Shown: in pieces, positions 37,391 through 51,776 of the stretch
How positions within the stretch are numbered: position 1 is the first letter of the stretch
How the letters are laid out: every line of letters begins with the position of its first letter
Origin: Cenococcum geophilum
Lineage: Eukaryota
DNA length: 64,000 nucleotides
Assembly: GCA_050273025.1 (NCBI GenBank)
Contig: CP158635.1
Location: 15,624,001-15,688,000 of the forward strand
Direction: 5' to 3'
The notes under the pieces: model-generated
Databases searched by the model: none
Told to the model about the DNA's origin: nothing
The model's input: only the letters and a program-made list of their open reading frames with translations
Translations under genes and position numbers: made by a program

Positions 37391-38649
37391 TAAGGCTAGG
37401 TAGTGGTATTCTTATATTATTAGTAAAGATCTAAGTTTTTTTTTTAATTTATACTTACCTTTAATTAAGGCGGACACTAGGGATATTCGCCCACTTTCTT
37501 TAATAATTTTATTATAATTACTTTACTATTTTAACCTTTAGCTAGTAACGCATCAGGGCAGAAATACCTATTAGCTTTAGCTCTCTAGCATTTATCCTAG
37601 CTACGTACTAATTAAATATGCTAAGCCGGTACCCTGCATTTACTATAGTAAAAGGAGTAGTTATAGTAGTAATATATTATATAGTTAACGATAAGTGTAG
37701 CTGGATTTAGCAAGAAGCTCTTATTTAAAAGGGAGAGTAGATTATATAAGAAGACTAGGTAATAGGAAGACTTATCCTTTTATACGGTCTTTATAGCATT
37801 TTACTATTACTTTAAGTAACAACAGGTCTACTAGATAAAGATACCATTCCTTATTAAAAGATATAAGGATTATCCCAAAACGGCCGTATATAGATATTTA
37901 TTGCCTATAAATCTATACGCGCGATCTCCTAAAAGCGGATGTTACTAAATCCATTTAATACGCAAACTTAAGCATTACTAATAAAGCGATCCACTACAGT
38001 GATTTAACTTTATTAATTTTCTTCTACTCTCTAAGGGGATAGCCCTAAACTAGATATATACAGTCGTTTATCCTTAAGGATTAGAAGGAGCTAAGAATAT
38101 AGTATATCTAAGCCTTTCCTAAAGCGTAGAGAATTGCCTTACAATATTAAAGTCTATAACGTCTTAGCGCTAGTTTAGTAGAGTTAATAGTATAGATCGC
38201 TTATTATAGCAGAGGATGGCATTAATTAGTTTCTTTTAGCGAGGTACTTCTACTACATTATAGCTCTCCTCTACAGCCGCCATTATCATTTATATTTTAT
38301 ACTCGCAGTCTTGCAAATTAATACAGCGCGTAGTTATCTATATCACTCTCTATAAACTAGCGTGCTACACTTTATTAGAAGCCCCCCTTTAGCCAACTAG
38401 TTGCCCTACTTACTTTAGCAAAGTTCTAACAAATTTTTAACAAAGTTTTAATAAATAGGAATCAATTAGGGCGATATATAGGCATCCGCAATACTAAGCC
38501 GCCGTTATTTTCAGTAAGGGTTAATACTACAGCTACTATAGGGCTGCTTAGTATAAATACCGTTAAACTTCTAACCAATTTCTAACTAACTTCTAACACT
38601 CTCTATAATACTACTGTTTATATTATAGCCCTTCGGCCATAAGTAATTA

Positions 38650-39490
38650 TAAAATCTGGCCCTATATAGCTAAAAATATCTCGCTATACACTATTAACTA
38701 TTACCGCGGCAATAAAGAAGCTTCTTAAGGCCTCTAAATTAATTGTATATTAAGAAGGTGTAAAGCTAAATAAAGGGAAGCGTATCTAACACGCCTTTGC
38801 ATTATTAGTAAAGCCACTAAAGGGCGCTTTAAAGACCGCGGAAAGACAGAATTATTATTAACAGTTTTTAAGGCAGGCCAAAAGGGTTAGTAGCCGCGAA
38901 ATAGTTATACTTTACGCCGTCGGCCTAGGGCAATCTTTAGTCGCTAGTATAAGGGATTATAATAGGCTCTTGCTTCCTTCGGAATTTAAAGGGCATAAAA
39001 GCGCTTATTAGTGCGATATCCTTAGGAATATAGTTAAGAAATACTCTATAAAAGGTATAGAAGACTATAATGCTCTTAAAGTTCTATTACTTAATCACTC
39101 TAGAAACCCCTATAGATCCCCTACTAATATAGCCGGCGTCACTTATAGGGGATATCTACAAGCTTACGGTTACCGACACTTAAGGCGTAGTTATATCCGA
39201 TTATCTTAGAGGCTAAATATACTTAACAAATATATATAGAGTAAAGTCTGCGCTATTTATTATAATTCCTATTTTAAGGGAGCTTAGCGACCATTTCGCT
39301 ATATAGCGTTAGTAAATAATATAATAAGTCTAAAACATATCCTACTTCTTCTTAATATACGCCAGCCTAGTAGATCCTATACTATAGTAATACTAATTAT
39401 TACTTTAAGGAACTATTACTATATATCCTTAGTCCTCTATTCTAACGCCGCCTTTATATTTGCTATCCCGCCTTTTATAGATTAGTATTG
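38650..39490 (+). pseudogene. Unknown gene
   Basis: Long RIP-punctuated frame KRI*HAFALLVKPLKGALKTAERQNYY*QFLRQAKRVSSREIVILYAVGLGQS; the family is not recognised. Confidence 0.5.
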
Positions 39491-40649
39491 CTCTAACATT
39501 ATTTTATATATCGACAATAATGGCAACAGTGCTATTTAGGGGGTTAGTTTGTATACTATCTAGATTTATCTAGTTAGGCGCCTTATAGTCGCCGCAATCA
39601 GTCTAAAGCTATAGTTAGATCCTACTATTATAGGCCTAGGAAGTTTTCTACCTCTTCCTTACACTCCCTTATAAGCGCGTCTTTTAAATTATCTTTAACT
39701 CTAGTTTTCCTAATTGTGCTAGCCATAGTATAGTAATTCACGACAATTAAAGTAAGTTATAATCGGTATCTTTATCGCGTAATATATATACTATTAGGAA
39801 GCCGAGCCTAAGGGCAGATTGTGGTAATAACTAATAGAGCTATTATACTAGCAATGTATAAGGTTAAGAGGAGGGTAGTTATATTATAGGCTTATAAAGA
39901 TAAAGAGAAACCAAGAAACTAAGTAAGAATTCTAGTAAGCTTCCTATAAATATTAAAGACGTTTTATAGATTTCTCTAAGGGAAATATAATAAATATACA
40001 AAGTTTAGTAAGAGGGGCTTTAATAAAAAGGTAATAAGGCGACGATATTATTATTAAGAGTGACCGTATTAGCTAAAACATTTTTAGGTAATAGGCGTTT
40101 AATACCTAACTAAAAAACTACGCTACCCTAAGTGGTTAGAGGGGTAAGAGTAATATATAACCCCGCCTAAGCCTATTTATTGCTATAAACCAACGTCTAG
40201 ATATCTATACTGCGCTCTACTTAATATATATAATAAAGAGGGGAGTAAAGCGGAAAGTATTTATATAGATTTTGTTATAAGATTATCTACTTAAATCTAT
40301 AAGCTAGGGAAACGCCTAACGCTAAGTATATTACTAGCTAGGAGCGGCTTTATTAAGGATTATACTTCTATTTACTCTCTTATATACCTCCTACGGGTAT
40401 AAAAAGCTAAAGTTTAGTTAAAGTCTAGTTAAAGTCTAATTAGAATCCGGTTAGAACCCGGTAAAAACCTAGTTAGAGTCCTATTAAAAAATAGCCGCAA
40501 ATTAGCAAATAACTAAAGTTTAAACCTTATCCTATACTTCCTTTAAAGCGTCTCTATTCCGCTATAATATACTATAATACACTAGGCGTATAGAGGCCGA
40601 GCTAAATAAAAGGAATACTCTAATCTTATTTATTAAAACGCCTAAACCA

Positions 40650-43600
40650 GCTCCCTAGCTTCCGTTATTAATTTAAACAGCAACCTACCCCTTTAGGATT
40701 AGAGCCGCGATCCCTGGTATATAGCGATCTCTTTATATATACGGCAGTAATATACCTATATATATACTCTAGCGTCTCCTAAAGGGGCACTAATAAAAAA
40801 CGATATTATTAGCTTCCTCCGCACACTTAGCTTATTACTAGTTTTATATATATAAGTAACCTCCTATGCTAAATACAAGGTTTCTATAATCTACTATAAT
40901 TCTATTAATTAAAGTAGTATATATATACTATAGATTCTAGAATAGCTCTAATATTAGAATCTATATATTGCCCATACTTTACCTAAATAGAAAATTATTA
41001 TTATTACCTTATAAAATATGCAACCATATTTAAATAAAGCTTAAATGCGGCTATTCTATTAATAGAGTAAAAACATAGTACCTAAAATATTGTAAGACCT
41101 GTAAATTATATCCTCCTAATATTATAGAAATATAAGCATAGAGATCTTCTAATCCACTCTAGGGTTATTACTTACGGCGTGATTTAGAGAGGGCTACCTG
41201 GATAAAAACTGCGGTAAGCTTTAAAGCAGCTAAAAATATTAGGCGATCGGCTTATTAAAATATATAGTGAACTGTTAATTAAAATTATAGATAAAGTAGA
41301 GGATATAATTTGCCTTTAAAACGAGGTTATTAAAGCTCTAAACGACGCAAATTCTTAATACTTTATTAAACTCCCCTATGGGAACCAATATCTTATAGCT
41401 TTCGTTCTCCTATTCCTAGCTAAGTAAAACTTAAAGATAATATCTACCCGGCTAAGTCTTTATCCTTATAACGCTGCAGCTTACGCTTTACCTGTTCCAT
41501 AGCTTCCTCTCCATTTTCCATCTTTTTAACTATATTTAATAGCACTTTGCCTAGCTTCTACAACCCATTTTAAAAAAAATCCTAAGTAGGGTAAACCGTC
41601 TCCTATATAGGGGGGAAGCGCTTAAAGTAGGGCGGAAATTAAATATGTCTAAGACCTATAAAACTGTTAATATATAAAAAGCCATATTATTTATAATATT
41701 TACCTTAACCTACTTAAGTTAGTCATCAAAGGAGATTCATTTAAAGAATTTTTAAGAAGATAGAGCATTTTTTATCCAAAGCCAATTATTCCTATTCTCT
41801 ACCTTACGTTCTACCTATTTAATTATTTCTAGCCCACCTTTTATAAGTATAAGATTACCCAAGAATACCATACGTTTAACTACTAAACTATCAGAATTAA
41901 ATATCCCTAAAAAGATATATTCGCCGTAATATAGGTGCGGGCCTTATTACTAGCACTGCCGTATATAGTAGAGGGTAAAAATATCTATAACCTATAGAAC
42001 TATTAGACTAATATAACTAAAGGGTATATAGTATCTTTTACCTTAACACTGTTATAATCTATACTAGGTTTATTAAAGCCCTATAGGAAATCTTAACAAG
42101 AAACTAAAAGACAATCTAGTCTAATAATTAAATTATCCTTTATAATTTCCGGTAGCTTTATTACAATATTATTCTTAAGGTAAAAGTGCTAGGTAAGGAT
42201 AACGATAGGAGTAAAGGTCTAGTGGCCTCTTTATACAGGACTAGAGGATATATATTTATATACACTCTAGGGCACATTCTCTTTACCTATAAATATTAAG
42301 ACAATTTCTATAAGTCGCCCGCACCTCTTCCGTAAGGCGCGTTAGTGTAATAACGGTTCTTAGGAACGGGCGGTATTATATAAGCCCTACCCTATTAAAA
42401 ATCAGCCCCACTAAAAAAAAATCAGCCCCTTTAAAGGGTCTTAATATCTATTTACTAATATATCCATTACTTACATCTTTCTTAGACTTATTATATCCGC
42501 ACTATAAATAGCTTCTAGTATAAATAGCAGATATTTAGATTACTTACGCGCCTTTCTATTAGTATAAAGCTAATCCTTATCCTCCTAAAAGGAGGATATC
42601 CCCTTCTATAAAATACCTAATAGTAAAGCAACGTCACCTTATATTTTACTATATATTAAGGTATTGCCAACGCCAGGTAGATCAGTAGTATACTAATGAA
42701 AAATATTTAGAAAGTCGCTAGGCAGTATACTACTAAAATCCTCTATACTACTAAAGACGCGGTCTCCGTCAAAAACCAATATCTAATATATTATAACAAT
42801 ATAAATAAGGAAATCTAGGCGAACCCTAGGGATAGCGCAGCAAAGGCTATAGTAATATTAGCACTTAGCCAGCTAAGTTTAGATAACGGTTTACCGGGGT
42901 TTAAGATTTCCATAAAATATAAATACCCTAAACTTCAGAGCGGTAATATAATAGGCGCACTTAATAATACGCCTTAATACTTTATAGGGAAGGGGGGTGG
43001 ATATACTTATATATCTATATAGGTCTATATAGCCGCAGCCTTATAGGAGCCGTCTAAGGCTATAGGTTCCTTAGAAGCAGAGTAGGAATAATATTAAAAT
43101 ATATAGGGAGTACTATATTGCGAATTCTGGTTTAGGTCAAGGCTTATTATATATAGAAATATAGGGTATAAATTAAGCTAGTTATTTATCACTATAGTAA
43201 CTAGCGGAGTAATTGGCTAGAGATTAGAATTTAAATTAAGAGGAATTAATAAAGGATCCGAATAGATTTTAGGAATTAAAAGGTTTAAAAGGGGAAGGTA
43301 CTTTGGAATTTAAGTAATAGTCTAGGTATATATTAAAAGGAATTAATAGTAGATCTAAGTAGATTTAAGAAATTAAGATAGGTTTAAAAGAGAAGGATAT
43401 CCTAGGGGTTAAGTAATAGCTTAGGTTAAGAGGGATTTCTAAAGGGTATAAGTAGATCTTAAGGATTAAGGTAGATCTAAAAGGTAATAGCATCTTAGGA
43501 AAATCCGAATAAAGATTAGCTAGTATAACTATACTATATTAGTCCCTTAAAGATATTAGAAATATTTAATTGGAACTCCTATTAGGGACGGCTTATGGAC

Positions 43601-44810
43601 TACTTATTTTAGATAACTCGCGCCTAGTACGTTTAGTATTAGACTGCTTAATAGTAATTAATCTTTTTATACCCCTAGGGTTTTAAATAGCGCTGCTAGC
43701 TTTAGGCTAACTTATAAAGTTAGTATTAGCACAATAGAGATATACATCCTTTAGGTTCCTCGCTAAGGGGGATAATTCCGTCCATTTCTAGCATTATAGT
43801 TATATTTCTATCTAAGCAATTAATATATTGAATTCTTTAGGTACTATATGCCTTTTAATACTATTATAGGTTAGTTATTAATTTAATAGAGATAATTAAA
43901 AACTAATATTATACTAGAATCTAGGTTATAGAGACTAATAAGTACTTTAGATTTAAAACAACTCCATTTCTAGCTAGCAATATTATTTAGTTTAAGGCGC
44001 TCTCCTTCTAATAGATAGGCTATCTCCCGTGCTAAAGCTCTAAATTATTAGCCCTTTTTAGGCCTATAACCTTCTTTCTTTAATTACTCCACCTTATTAT
44101 TTAGCATCTTAGATAAAACAGACTTTATTAACCTATAACTAACTACATTTTTGCCTACGTTAAGGACATTAGCTAGGTTATAAATTATTACCTAGTTATT
44201 AGCTTCTACTAGTTTAATATATAATTCCTAGAGGGCTTTAAGTAATCTACCCTTAGCCGGATTATAAAGCTTAAGGAACTATTCTAATTCGCAATTATCT
44301 AGAGACTAAATTTTCGTGCAAACTATAACTAGTTGCTCTATAGCTACTGGCAATAAATTCTAGTATTTTATAAGCGTAGTTTCTGCTTCCTTAAAGGTAG
44401 GGCTTCCTTTATAAAGTAGGTCTAGGCTTCTATTAGGAGGTAGAGTTCCTTATCTTTTAAGAATCCGGAATAATAAAATAAATTTAACTATAGCTTTCCT
44501 AGTCTTTAGATCTATAGGGGTTATTAAAGCCTCTAGAGCTTTTATAGCTTTTAGGGCTTTTATAGCTTTTAGAATTACTAAGGCGTTCTAGGGGCCTAAG
44601 ACTATTAGGGTTTTATTTAAGCTAAGCGCCTCTCTATAGTCGGTAGGTAAGGCCTTTAGAATTTTATCTACTACTCTTTTACAGGCTTTTACTGCTTCGC
44701 CTTTATTAGTAGAGCGTAGAAATTATATAAAAAGCTTAATCTTATTTAATAATAACTATTATCTATAAGTACCCCTTATAAGAGGAGTAATAGAAGGTAA
44801 ACCCATAGTA
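40650..44810 (-). pseudogene. One or two unknown genes, with internal ~95-bp degenerate repeats at ~43240-43500
   Basis: Protein-like minus-strand frames broken by TAA/TAG (e.g. KKMENGEEAMEQVKRKLQRYKDK at ~41530-41460). No family was recognised. Confidence 0.4.
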
Positions 44811-45045
44811 TAATAAGGACGGATAGTGCGAGCGAGCTATAACAGTATACTAGGAAGGACTGCTTCTCTATCCTATAATAAATAATAATTAGCTTTAGGA
44901 AGGAAAAGGCTATGGAATAGAATTACCATAGCGCTAAAATCTATTTTACTATACTTCTAAAGTAAAGAGGTATTTGTAATCCTATAGGCTAGCTAAACTA
45001 AGAAAAGAAGGTAATAGGGTGTAAGAGTAAGGGAAGTAGGAAACG

Positions 45046-45090
45046 TTATAGGGGATTATCGTTGCAATCGCAACGATAATACCCCTATAA
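45046..45090. repeat. Near-perfect palindrome (20-bp stem, 4-nt loop, one bulge)
   Basis: TTATAGGGGATTATCGTTGC-aatc-GCAACGATAAT-a-CCCCTATAA. Confidence 0.92.
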
Positions 45091-48000
45091 TTTTAACTTG
45101 GCGTATATTAGCCCCTCGCCTTATTATCCCTAAGACGCCACACTTTACTAAACTCTACTACTACGACTTATGCTCCTCTAAAGATCTATAATAGAAAACT
45201 AAATAGCTAATTAAAGTAAGGATTTGCAGCCGTTTCCCTAGTTAATTAGATGTAGCTTACCCGCTATTATAAAGTCTAGAAGCTCCTGTTAATTTCTTTT
45301 TAATAATATAATAATGCGTCCTATAAGAATTAAAAGCTAAAACGCCTTAATAAACCTAAGAATGCTTTAAATCTTAAGGGTATAAAATGGAGATAAGTAA
45401 TATATAAAGCTAATTTCGCCCCATTACTAGGGATATATAGTTGCCTTTACTATCTACTTTACTAGTTGCCTTATTGCCTTCTTCTATAGCTTTTATTTAT
45501 TACTTCCTTAACTTTACTATTTTTACCGCTCCTTTTAAACTATTCCCTAGTCTATCCTATTTCTGCTAGCTATTTATAGCCACTTTATTCTTTAATATAG
45601 ATACTACTTCTTTAATAATTAGCTCGCTCTTTTAAGCCGCAATTTGCTAAACCCTACTAGTCTTAGACTAGTATATTTAGTAGCCTCTTATAACTATTAC
45701 TAGTAGCTAGGATTAAGATTCGGGCTATAGTGTATTAACTATTAACCTTAGCCTAAGAGTAAGTGCCTTATTATATACTAATATTAATCTAAAGAGGGCG
45801 TCTTTAATTATATTAGAAAGCCATCCTAGATTAACTACTAAGCTTAAAACTTCTTTACGTTCCGGCACTTATTAACTTAAGGGTATATAAGGCTAGCAAA
45901 CGGAACCTCTAAAGTCGCGTCCTAGCACCGGCCTATTAGGGTATTAAATTACTATAGGCCTAAAAGACTAATAAACGGCAGGTATAGATCTGGGAAATCC
46001 TAACCGCCTAAAATACTAATAAGTCGCTTAAACACTTAATAATTTAATATTAAGTAAAATTCTCTACATCCACCTAGATAAAAGGACTATAGATAAACTC
46101 TTTTACTCCTTAATTTATTCCTTCTCTAAGTCTTAACGGGAGTTCCTTAATACTCTTTATAGAAAAACTAGAGAGTAATAAGTATAGGATATTATCTATT
46201 TACCTACTTTCCTTAAAATAATATATAACCACTCTAACGCATATACGTTTTAAGTATATTTAATATCTCTTATATAGTATCTATTCTAATTAAATTGCAG
46301 ACTATAATTTAGGGGAATCTCTAAGGTTTAGAGAACTATATTAAAGAAAGAGGCGTAGAGAATATTTTAAAGTAAAGGCTGCGTCTATCTATTATAGACC
46401 CTTAATAGTAGTTATTTGTATCTAGCTTAGGAAACTAAATCTTTTACCTTAACACCTTATCTTTGCATCTAATGGCATTTAGCAGCGTTAGGCTTATATA
46501 CATACATTCCTAAAGGTTAAGTATTAGGTAATACTAAGTAGACACAAAATGTATAATAATAAATTAGTATAATACGTGCGGTGATAATTCTTAGCTATAT
46601 CTACTATACAGAATCCTTTACCAGATTCTCTCTAAAGGAAGGGTAAAATAGTAATACTAAAGAACCTAATTCCGTTAGTCGGAGTAGGGGCTATAGCTAC
46701 TATATCTACGACGGTCCCAATAGCTCTTATCTAATTAATATTATAACTTCTTTGTACATCTTTAGGTGCTCCTCTTCTGCTACTAATTTTGCTTTCCTTC
46801 GCTCTTTCCTATAATAGCTACTTATTAAATTTAACCGCTTACGTATATAGATGTATTTCAAGCAACCTATATTATTATTTCAGCTTTTAAAACCTCCCTA
46901 TCTTTTAAGATTCGGAGACTATATTCTAAAGAATTCCTAATAAACATATACGACTTTTACGCAGTTAATTTTATTAATACGCTTCTTAGTTTTACCTTAA
47001 GGGTTTATAGTATAGAAAGCCTATATAATAAAAACGAAGCTAAGGTAGTTAAGTCACTATAAGCCAGGCAAGATTCGACGGTGCTAATTAGCGAAACTGT
47101 AATTTCTAGCGTCCTTATTATAAGTGGCCTAGAACCCTAGCCACTGCCTAAAGAGGGTATTTATATAGTACTACTATTTATCTAATATAAGTTTGCAAGC
47201 TAATAAAATGAAGGTATTTTTAATAGCCTCCTAAAGGGTATTAAAAATCTACGTTAAGATAAAAACCTAGATAATATTAAGTTTTATAAGGAAAAAACTT
47301 AAGCTAAGGGGCATTAGTATAGGTCTTAGGTTATAGGCTTAGGGGCGTAGCTAATTTTGTACTAGGTACTCCCAAAATTGCTAAATAAAAATCTCTACTC
47401 TTACTATATACGGGTCTTATTAGAAGTCTAGTCTAGGTAGAATACTTATTAAAATAGCAGTAAAAAAGCAGGATGAAGAGGGAAAGAAGATATAGGTATT
47501 AGCTATACTAGTAAGCTAACTTATTCTAAGGCACTTTAGGTTTAATATTAAGACCAAATTAATAAAAGGTCCGGTAGAGTATTTACACGGTTTTAGTGCT
47601 CGTAAACTATAGCGCCATATTATAAGCGTATAGCTAGGAGACGAAGATTAATACGGGGCATAATAATATAGAAAACTTGCAAGTTACCAGCTAAAATAAA
47701 AGATTTATACTTTTCTCTTTTTCTATTTAGCATTACCTAAAATTATAGATAGTATTAAATACTTAATTTAGTAATAGAATGGAGAAGGTAACTAACCCCC
47801 ACACGCCCTAAGTGCCTTCTTTAGTTATTTATCGCCTAAGGTTTAGGCGATAACTTATTAGGAAGCCGCTTAGTTAAGTCATTTAGCAGTAATAACATAG
47901 CATTTGCATAGCCCGCCTTATTTCTTAAGAATAATATTATTATAAGCTAGCCTACTCCTACTTTTATCTTTATTCTTTTCCATTTTCTTAGATATTTAAG

Positions 48001-51000
48001 ATTATAGCTCCCTTTAGCAGATTTACCTACCTTACCCTTACCCTCGTTATAACTACTTAGTTTTTACGGCATCTAAACCCTTTTATTATTAAAATAGCGT
48101 TATATAGTGCCTTTCTCTACTTACTTATTATTTTCTTCTAGGTAATATACCTCTTTAAAAAGTTAGCCGAAGATTCTAAGATCTAGCACGTCTAGCTTTA
48201 TTACATTAGTATTACTCTTAATTAGCATTTACAATTATAGCTTTAATAGAATTACCCTAAATACGCATTTTCTATTTAGCTATTAGGTTTCTAGTATATA
48301 GGCATAATTAGGATAGTAGCGCAAACCACTAAGACGGAAATTAAGGCCATAAGGTCAACTTTGACGTACAAAGCCCCCCCCCCTAATTTTAGCTATTAGT
48401 TTACTAATATATAATATAGTTACGCAAGCCTTGCATTAGCCATTTTTATAATTATATAACATTAAAAGTTCTATTTTTGGCATTAGAAAATAGTATAAAG
48501 TTAATCTTTTACTTTATAAGAAAATTATTTTTCTAGCTCATATAGAGCGTTAGGGAGGTTTTGCAATCTATGAAATAAATTACCCCTCTAACAACTAGGG
48601 AAAATGTAACTATTATTATTGACTTAGCTATTACACCTAGGAGCCCCAGCTTCTCTTACTTTTATAATATAGTAAGCAACTTCTAGTACTTTAACTCCTT
48701 ATAGCAACCCTAGGACTATTAGTATAAGAAAGATCTAACATATTAGCTAAGGGCTGCCTAAATCGTAACCTTATATAGTTCTTCTGCATATTCCATAACG
48801 TAGTAGAAGTATTAGGTGGGCTATATCTAGCGCAGCTACTAGAACCGGCAGCGTTTAGCTAAATAGTTAGTGCAACCCTAGAGAAGGTAGGAGAACTAGT
48901 CTTATAAAACTAAACTAATAGGGGTAATGCTAGTGGCGTTAGCCAAAACACTTAAATAACTTAAAATTCTCTATTTGCGAAACCCTGCTTCGCCACAACA
49001 TATTAGGACCTAGTAATTTTACTAATACCTATTTTTAAACGCTACCACGCATAATAGATATTAGGGCTAATGCTACTATAAAGTAGGTGCGGGATGCAGT
49101 TTAGTATAACCTAAAGCAGTAGTAGCGTTTCCTAGCAAGTATATAGGCCTAGGCTAAGGCGCCTTTTTTTAATAAAAATTAGTAGAAATTTACAAATAAG
49201 GAAGCTAGAAATATTATTATATCACAGCGCGGCTAAAATAATGTAAATTTACCTAAAAGGGAAAAAATTCTAGAACGCGTAAACGAAAAGCTAAGAAATA
49301 ATAGGTTAAATAAAGTAAACTAGAAGGCTATAAGCTAGCGTATACTAAAAGCTATTAAAAGTGCTACTAGTTAGTTTTAATATAAATATTATAACTAGTA
49401 CGTTTTTACTAAGTTATATTTTAGTTCTAAGGGATAAGAAATCCTAAGGGGAATTAACCAATAAACCTATTTAGAAGCTTCCGTGGGATCCTATATAAGA
49501 TAATATATAAAAATAAGTGGCGGGTGGTGCGTATAGGCGTATGGCTATACGGATTATTAAAAATAGGCGCTTAAATTAAAGCCTAATACAAGCAGTGCCT
49601 ATCTCGCCTCACGAAATTAGTAGTATATTATGCCCTAATTAACGTAGCTATGCCTTATACAAATTTATACCATATAATGCTGCTACCTATACAAGCAGTA
49701 CCTAAAAATATAGGACTTTTACTCTTCTAGTTACCGAGTTTCTATTACAAAATTAAGAATAGAATATCCTATATAGGCCGGCCGTCTTAGCGCAATCCTC
49801 TAAGCTCTAAGAACTACAGGAGTAGGCCTTACTATTTACTTCTTATATTTAAACGCTAAGCCATTCTATTAGGGTATAATAAGGTATTTAGGTATAAGTG
49901 CAACTAATAATAAACCTTATATACGAACTTCTACAGTATTTCTAAGTTATTACTATATTTTAATTTAACTATAGGCGTGTACGCCACGCGCTTTAACTTA
50001 TAGAGGATTTAGGCAGCCCTATATATAGGAAGCCGCTTAGTACTAGTAGCTCCGCCATGCTTCCCTTACAAAAATACTTACTTAGTATACTCTATTTCTA
50101 TTTCCTATAAATACTTTTCTTCTATAACTAGTAACGAAAATCCATTAATAACTTCCTATAGCAACTCCAAACTACTAGGCTACTAGCTCTATAACTAACT
50201 AAAGGCAAATTATACGTATTAGAGACTTATTATTAGATAAGGCTAGTAAGAGCATTACTAAGTCTTACGTTAGTAATATAATAAGCGACATCTAGCTTTA
50301 TCTTTCTTCTCCCCTTTTAGTAGATATTAATAAGGAACTAATACCTACTAAGCTTAATAGCGTTAGGGAGACGGTAATTACTACTAACTCTAGTGTTAAC
50401 GATATAATAACGAGTATTTAGCCCCATCTTTCTTACCCTCTAGTAGATATTAATAAGAAATTAATACCTCCTAAGCTTAACTCTCCTAGCGGTGTTAGAG
50501 CGACGGCAACTCCTTTTAGTATTAGCGCGCTAAGCTAACCCTCTCCCTCTTCTATAAATGCTACTAAGGACCTAACCTACCCTAATAATAATAATACCCC
50601 CTTTATATACTCTAGAGTAGAGGATAAACTTACTTAAAACTACTTTAAGGGGGAACTAAGCACATCCTTAACCCCTACGCAATTATCGCCAGTAACACTA
50701 GTCGGGGATTATACCCTTTAGCCGACCGTTTTTAGTTCGGCTATAGGAGCAATAGCTAGGGATAATATTATTAAGCATTTAAAAGTTTATATAAGTAACT
50801 AGTTTATATTCTTATAGAAGAAAACTAACCGCTATAAGAAATTTGTTACTACGTTTCGTAGAACGGCAAAACTTCATTTTAATAATTATTAAACGTTTAG
50901 GCTTAAAGCGGTATTAGAATATAAACGTTATGGTATAAAGATCATTTACTAGTTATTAGATAATCCTAAACTCCTAAAGTATATTAAGATAATCTATATA

Positions 51001-51524
51001 ACCTATAGCCCTACTAGTAAGTAGATACTAATAGGAATTTCTAAAGATAAAGATATACCGGTATTTACGTTTAACGGAGTAGTAGATAGATCTTATAATA
51101 ATTCTCTAAGGCGCTAGCGTTCTTCTATATGTATAGTATAGACTAGAATAAATAAGGGCAAAGAGGAGATAAGGATAGTCCAGTATCTATTACTAGGGGC
51201 GGTTATTATGTATACGTTAGATAAGGCTAAAAGAAATAGGTGGTCACTAAGATACAGTTTTGCGTTTATTAGTTATACAAAGGATAAGCGGTATAAAGAA
51301 GTCCTTAAAGCCATTAAGAATTATATACTAATAGATAGGATATTCGTACTAATCTAGCTATATAATGTATATTCGTTTCCCTATAGTAGACTTTCTTTAA
51401 TAATTAGGTGCTTAAAAGTTAGAATAGGATAAGTAAAAGGTAGGATATAAAGCTATTTATATAAGCCGCTATAGGAGATAAGCTAGGATGCTAAAGTGTT
51501 CTTAATTAGAGCGGCATTAAGACT

Positions 51525-51776
51525 TAGTATAACGTAACTAGGCTAAGTAAGAATATGGCTTACGCAAGGCGGTAATTAGAGTTTTACGGCTATATATTAT
51601 ATAGAGTATATAAAGAATTTAAATCTACTAGACTAGCAATTATAAGATATTCCTACTAAATACGCCAAGAATAAGAATACTAAACTAGAAATAGACCTCT
51701 AAGCTAAAAAAAGCACCACTATCTAAGAACGAGGATATTCTAAAGCATTACTACCGTCCCTTACGCACGGCAGCTC
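51525..51776 (-). repeat. 252-bp inverted repeat, right copy (candidate TIR)
   Basis: Ends ...CTACCGTCCCTTACGCACGGCAGCTC|TA and is the reverse complement of 35802-36053. Confidence 0.93.

Larger units (their letters stand above)
35802..51776. mobile_element. Candidate ~16-kb gene-carrying TIR element
   Basis: 252-bp inverted repeats with TA immediately outside both ends. No transposase was recognised. Confidence 0.5.

Noticed and set aside
45300..46500. Fot1/pogo transposase for the TIR block
   Set aside because: I could not recover HTH or DDE motifs in manual minus-strand translations, so it is left unassigned.
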